DNA from: Octopus sinensis
Lineage: Eukaryota
Assembly: GCF_006345805.1 (NCBI RefSeq)
Contig: NC_043006.1
Location: forward strand, 28,892,001-28,956,000
Reading direction: 5' to 3'
DNA length: 64,000 nucleotides
A program made the position numbers and the translations under genes. The notes below the pieces were generated by a model. The model was given only the letters and a program-made list of their open reading frames with translations. It ran no database searches and had not been told where the DNA came from. Shown one piece after another: positions 58,701 to 64,000 of this stretch (the first letter of the stretch is position 1; every line of letters starts with the position of its first letter).

Positions 58701-59729
58701 TGATGCTTTCTATTTACATTATTTTAATTGTATTCTTATTATGTAGTCAATCAGATTTGTAAAACTATTACTGCTTATTTCTCATGGTTGAAAAGGTTCC
58801 TTGAAAGATTGTTGATCTGTTAAAATACATAAGCTTGACTCTGATTCTCATTAACTTTTTGTCTACTTGCCACCTAATCTAAATTCCTTTTCTTCTTATA
58901 TACCATTTATCTCATGTTATCTTTGTTCCTCATTGCATACCTGTTATCTTGCCTCATCTTTGCCTCCCCTTTAACATACCTGTATCTACCACTATAAAGT
59001 TTGAAATCCCAGAACATATTTAATCCATCAAGTTTGAATGGTATTATAGACCTAACATACATTATAGCCTGAATACATATTATAGTTCTAACATTTAAAT
59101 TCATCTCTACTTCCCACGAGCTATTTAGTGTACCTCTAATGGTTACTTTTCTGCCACTAATAACAGCTGAATCTCCTTCAAAATAATGCTTTACCATCTT
59201 AAAATACATAGGACATATTGGATAATGTCGTTCTAGATACACTAGGCCTGAAGAAAAAACAGTTCCTGGACATTTGACCAATGGACATTTGGTTGTGCAA
59301 ACATATGACCAAGTGGACATTTGACCGATAGACATTTCATCAATGGACATTTGACCAACAGACATTTGGCTGAGTGGACATTTGGATAAACAAACATTTA
59401 GCCAAATGGAATTTTCACTTGTTTATTTTTATTTCTAATTTGAAAAAAGGGATAAATAAGATAAAATGATAAAATTATTGCATATAAGTTTTTGGTAAAT
59501 TTACTGAAGAATAAAAAATATTAATTTTAATGTATTGTTTTACTAAAATATTGTATAAACAACAATGGATAAAAAGGATAAAAAATATCTTTGGATAATA
59601 CAAACATATATATATATATATTTAATAAATGATAAAAGATATTATATTGTATTTATTTTAATTATATCGTAATTGCTCTGTTAACAAAACAAAAAAAGAG
59701 ATAAAAACGAAAACAATGATTTAAAGATT

Positions 59730-60830
59730 GTTGGCAATTAAGAAATCGGTTCTGGTGTATCCTTCATATTTCTCAATGACAGACTTCAGTCTTGAGTTTA
59801 AGATTTGGTAATTCTTTAGTTTCCTCAAATCCACACCTGCTGCTACCTGCTCAATCCTCAACTCCCAGTCAGACTGCTCACTTTTTTAGTTTTGAAACCA
59901 GACAGCAATTGGTGAAACGACTGATTGGCAGTCTCTGATTAAACCCTCTGTGCCTCTCTTCCAGAAGATTTGTTGTCCGAGGATTATTATACCTTGGATT
60001 ATTATGTCAAGTCTGTAGTCCTAAGCTCTGTAATTGTCTCCACAAGCACTGGGCAAAATGGAAGAAGACTCCATAAATGTTTGCATTTGGAAAACATGCT
60101 GTAATGCTATTAATAGCAGTCCTTTCATAGTCAATGGTAATTGAAACTGGATCAATATCTGATCTCACTTGCTTGAGTGTGTTAAAAATCAAGTCATAAG
60201 TTGCTTGGTTTTAGTTCCTTGTGATGCAGAATAAAAAGGGAACTGTATGGTTCTCACCCAACATGACATATATTGTATATAACTGAAAGCCTACTGGCAC
60301 AGAATCACCCAGTTGTCATTGGAAGCAAGATGTAAGCTCCGAGGCATTGCTAGAATTACCAGGTTGTCATTTTCATGGATGACAAAGTCTTCTTCCCTCG
60401 TTGATTTCCAGAAGTCATCAGTGAAAGCATCCCTGTCCAGTGCCAAGCATTGTCTGTACCCGGTTATTGGCAGAGTTTCTTTCTAGAGAAGAGTACCTGC
60501 AGCATCGAGTGGGTTTTCACTGGAGCAGTTTTGTATAATTGTCGATGTCACTTCTTCTGACTGTCCATATCTTTCTTTAATTTTCTGCACTGTTTTCTCA
60601 AGGACAGGTTGTATCCAGCATCAGGTGGATGTGAATGATAACTTGCTTCTCCTTGAATAATATAATCTTCTGTTTTTATACTCCCCTACCCCACCCACAA
60701 CTTCCTTTGTGTTTGTGTCACCAACATGTTACAATGCCGTTTCATTTGTCAATGATGTATGTGTAGCCATCAAACAAAAGCTTTCTTCTTCCTCTTGTCG
60801 TTGGTATTAATTCCACAAACTTTAAAAAAA
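59730..60830 (-). pseudogene. FLYWCH-MULE transposase pseudogene
   Basis: TTRGRRKLLFDGYTY...W...C...HSHPP (FLYWCH-like); QLYTI; ORF 60007..60192 ITIDYERTAINSITACFPNANIYGVFFHFAQCLWRQLQSLGL; many stops and deletions. Confidence 0.85.
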
Positions 60831-60960
60831 TTCATCTTCGGCATCACTTCTACCACAATAGAGCAAACCATTATTTACAAAAAGAACTTTCAGGTAATGT
60901 CGGTAATTACACACACACATCACAAAATAAGAATGAAATGTAGACTATAACTAAAATAAT

Positions 60961-61322
60961 ATAAACAAGAGCACTCAGAGAGTGCAAACCTCCATCAAGG
61001 CAACACTAACATCCTCTCAATGATTAGCCAGAGATGATTTTTAAAATGAGAATACCTGAAATAAATTTCACTGCTTTCACAAACAAGAATGCTAAAAATG
61101 AATCTGACTGCTCTCAAAAATTAAATTAAAAAAACCCAGAAAAATAATCCCGAATCCTTGCCCCAAAATCTAATCAGTTCATGCCAGTAATGAGGCCAAA
61201 CATTCCTGAAAGTTTCATCTGAATCCATCCAATGGTTCTTGAGATATCTTGTCTCCGGACAAACAAACAAACAAACATGACTGAAAACAATACCTCCACC
61301 TTCGCTAAGACAGTGGTAATAA
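60961..61322 (-). mobile_element. Helentron-associated non-autonomous element (HINE/DINE-like) nested in the MULE
   Basis: 5' palindrome remnant ACCACTG.CTTAGCGAAGGTGGAGGT (61292-61317), (GTTT)n, 3' subTIR CCTTGATGGAGGT (60988-61000) and stem-loop GCACTC-TCT-GAGTGC (60971-60985). Confidence 0.75.
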
Positions 61323-62464
61323 ATGTAAAGCACATTCACTTCGCAACACTTTACATCTTCTGAATAGTGACTGAACTAGTGTCTACACAAGCTAGTTAAC
61401 TTTGGTTTGGTTTCGGCATGGCTAAATAGCTTGAATAAAAGTTGAGTAAAACAATTACATTAAAATTAATATTTTTTTATCCTTCAGTAAATTTGCCAAA
61501 AACTTATATGCAGTGATTTTATCTTTTTATCCTATTTGTCCCCCCACCTTTTTTTTTTCCAAATTAGAAATAAAAATAAACAATTAAAAATTTCGTTTGG
61601 CCAAATGTCCATTTATCCATTTGTCAGCTCAGTCAAATGTCTGGCCTCAAGAAAAAGCAGATGGTCACAGCTTGAAAAAATTTTGCTTAAGGGGCTGTTC
61701 AATCATGGTTGACCTGGGGCTAAAAATCAGCATTACTGTAATTTCAGGTGCTTATATAATAATCGCCATCTGTATTTGTTAAGTCATCACTCCCATAATG
61801 CTTCATCTTGAATGTGGCTAAATCTACCTTTGGTAGTTATTATCGCTATATACCTGTTTCTACAAATGAGATAGAACTTCTATGTAGTTGCTGAACCAAC
61901 TAGAAATAGCAGATAAGTGACATTAATTAACGTAATCTCAGATAACTTTGATTTAAAGATGAATTAGTCATAGCTAGAATGTTTTTGATTTTAGGTCTGC
62001 TTAAGTAAACTGATCTGAAGTCTAGCAATAATAATACCAATACTCTTTTGAGTTGGAAGTCCATGAAATCCTATGTAAAGTTTAGGATGGAAGATGTGCA
62101 AGAGAGCTTTCTCAATAAACATACTCATAATAAAACACAACATAAAGATGTATTACACATGATATATATTTTCAGTAAGATGGATTTAACCATTGGAAAT
62201 TAAGTCTTTCCGCAGAAACCCAGCGCTAGAGATATGACACTTATTTATTTGACCATCTTGGATTATCTGAGAATCTATAATAGAGGATTTCAAATAATAT
62301 TTGTCCATGACTTGGGTATTGAGATCCATTGTTCCTTATCTAAATTTTCTTAGTACCACTTATAATTTAACACACGGACTGTTCTTTCACATTTTTATTT
62401 ATATCATCGTCATTGTCATGAACTACAATTATTTCACTTCTAAATTTGAGAGATGAGGAATTAT

Positions 62465-62612
62465 GTACATTATTTACATTTGACAAATATTTGTCCTTAT
62501 CTTGTTTGTTGTTAACACGTTTCAGATGAAGGCTGGAGGATATATCAGCTGAAACGTTGTGTTAACAACAAACAAGTTGAGGACAAATATCCGTCAAATG
62601 TAAATAATGTAC
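62465..62612. repeat. Short palindromic element with hammerhead-like centre
   Basis: Arms 62465-62525 and 62549-62612; centre CAGATGA AGGCTG GAGGATATAT CAGCT GAAA CGTT GTG. Confidence 0.8.
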
Positions 62613-62644
62613 TAGAATTACTACTACTACTACTACTACTACTA

Positions 62645-62870
62645 CTTTTCTTCTTCTTCTTCTTCTTCTTCTTCTTCTTCTTCTTCTTCTTCTTCTTCTT
62701 CTTCTTCTTCTTCTTCTTCTTCTTCTTCTTCTTCTTCTTCTTCTTCTTCTTCTTCTTCTTCTTCTTCTTCTCTTCTTCTCTTTTCTTCTTCTTCTTCTTC
62801 TTCTTCTTCTCTTCTTCTTCTTCTTCTTCTTCTTCTTCTTCTTCTTCTTCTTCTTCTTCTTCTTCTTCTT
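62645..62870. repeat. (CTT)n microsatellite
   Basis: Direct reading; source of the poly-Arg/Glu ORF. Confidence 0.97.
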
Positions 62871-63339
62871 GAGCAGCGAGCTAGCAAAATTGTTAGCACA
62901 CCAGATAAAATGCTTAGTGGTATTTCATCTATCTTTATGTTCTGAGTTCAAATTGTGTTAAGGTTGACTTTGCCTTTCATCCAACACTGAATTAACCATT
63001 AAGCATGTGCCTCAGGCATCAAAAGAAGGGGACCACCACAGAAATGGTTAATGGTTTACAACACAAAAGAAATCACCTCATCATCATCATTATCACCAAC
63101 ATTTAACATCTATTTTCCCTGTGGACATGGGTTGGATGGCTTGCTTGACAGGAACTGGCAAGACCAGGGGCTGCACCAGGTTCCATACTCACTTTTCACT
63201 TAGTTTCAATGGCTGTATCCCCTTCCTAATACCAACCACTCCACAGAGGGTCCTTAATGCTTTTTAAGTGGCACCATCACCAGTACTTTTTATATGGCAC
63301 CAGCACCATTGCTTTTTTACAAAGCTGTTTTGGTTCAGT

Positions 63340-63630
63340 CGTATGAGAAGATTCATATGAAGGGCAATCAAGTTGTAGATCTTTAAAGTTAGAACTCAAA
63401 GTATAATTCCTCTGTAGTTCAGAGGCAGATAAAAATTGCCTTTCCTTGAAAATGGAGTAATTGGGAGTTGAATAGGCTGCTGGTTTGTTTCCTTTATAGG
63501 TCTCATTACAGAAGTCCAACAGATGTTTGTGAGAAAGTGACCTCTTCCAGATGAAAGCTGGATGTTATCTAGTGTGTTGTTTCTTAACTTCTTGATGCAT
63601 TTTTGAACCTCTTCTTTAAAAAAACGGGTC
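63340..63630 (-). mobile_element. LINE (RTE-like) RT N-terminal remnant
   Basis: EEVQKCIKKLRNN...PFSRKGN...NYRGIIL..LTLKIYN across frameshifts. Confidence 0.7.
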
Positions 63631-63679
63631 AGTCCAGATCAAGAGGCTATCTGCTACTTTGTGGTTGAAGGAAAACTTT

Positions 63680-63900
63680 TTATGTAGTTCACTGTTAAAA
63701 AGTTCAAAGGTTGACTATGAAGGAGTAATGCTACAATTGGGAAATCTTGCATGCATTAATTTCAGCCCTTCTTCGTAATAACTGTATTGTTTCTTTTCAG
63801 TCTTCAAAAGAAACAAGTAATGACTTCTCTTTAAAATGGACAAAATTTGACATTGGGGTATTATCAAGTATCTGCACAAAAAGGGTTACTATATAATGGG
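63680..63900 (+). mobile_element. Possible mariner 5' remnant
   Basis: MDKI*HWGIIKYLHKKG resembles mariner transposase N-termini (R.VIK+L..KG). Confidence 0.45.
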
Positions 63901-64000
63901 ATGATGTTAAAATTTCATCAACTGTGCAAACGTAGGCAACTCAATTTAAGTGCTGCATGGAGAATGTTGAAAATGAGCTTTCCTGTCAAAGGGAGAGATT

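Larger units (their letters stand above)
59264..61643 (-). mobile_element. MULE (Mutator-like) transposon with long, internally repetitive TIRs
   Basis: Inverted alignment of 59359-59544 with 61445-61643; left TIR extends to ~59268 with about 9 copies of a 15-16 bp GGACATTTGACCAAT unit; transposase remnants inside. Confidence 0.85.

Noticed and set aside
58907-59365. 152-aa ORF as a host protein
   Set aside because: Starts in the MULE TIR repeats; the remainder has no recognisable motif beyond a faint endonuclease-like resemblance.

Overview
AT-rich, repeat-saturated eukaryotic DNA with no supportable host protein-coding gene, rRNA, true tRNA or CRISPR array. The SINE/LINE families and microsatellite load suggest an invertebrate, probably a cephalopod (Octopus-like); this is inference from repeat recognition, not a database result. 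Contents: a near full-length CR1/L2-type LINE (32651-36100), a full-length mellifera-type mariner (24139-25418), a DD37D maT remnant, a FLYWCH-MULE with long repetitive TIRs (59264-61643) carrying a nested Helentron-type element, Helitron ends, Ty3/gypsy, R4 and many RTE fragments, tRNA-derived SINEs, and at least five Penelope-like (PLE) RT/GIY-YIG remnants. The main unexplained structures are (i) foldback/inverted-repeat elements carrying minimal hammerhead-ribozyme motifs, some with family-fixed core variants (18450-18867, 51486-51964, 62465-62612, 16215-16410/43670-43872), (ii) a 6-kb two-module higher-order satellite interleaved with pieces of one PLE family (7185-13690), (iii) a PHD-like finger inserted inside an RTE reverse transcriptase, and (iv) inversion/foldback junctions in an RTE LINE and a PLE. 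Most ORF-track entries are microsatellite or antisense artefacts. Boundaries not tied to a TIR, TSD, hairpin or codon are approximate (tens of bp).
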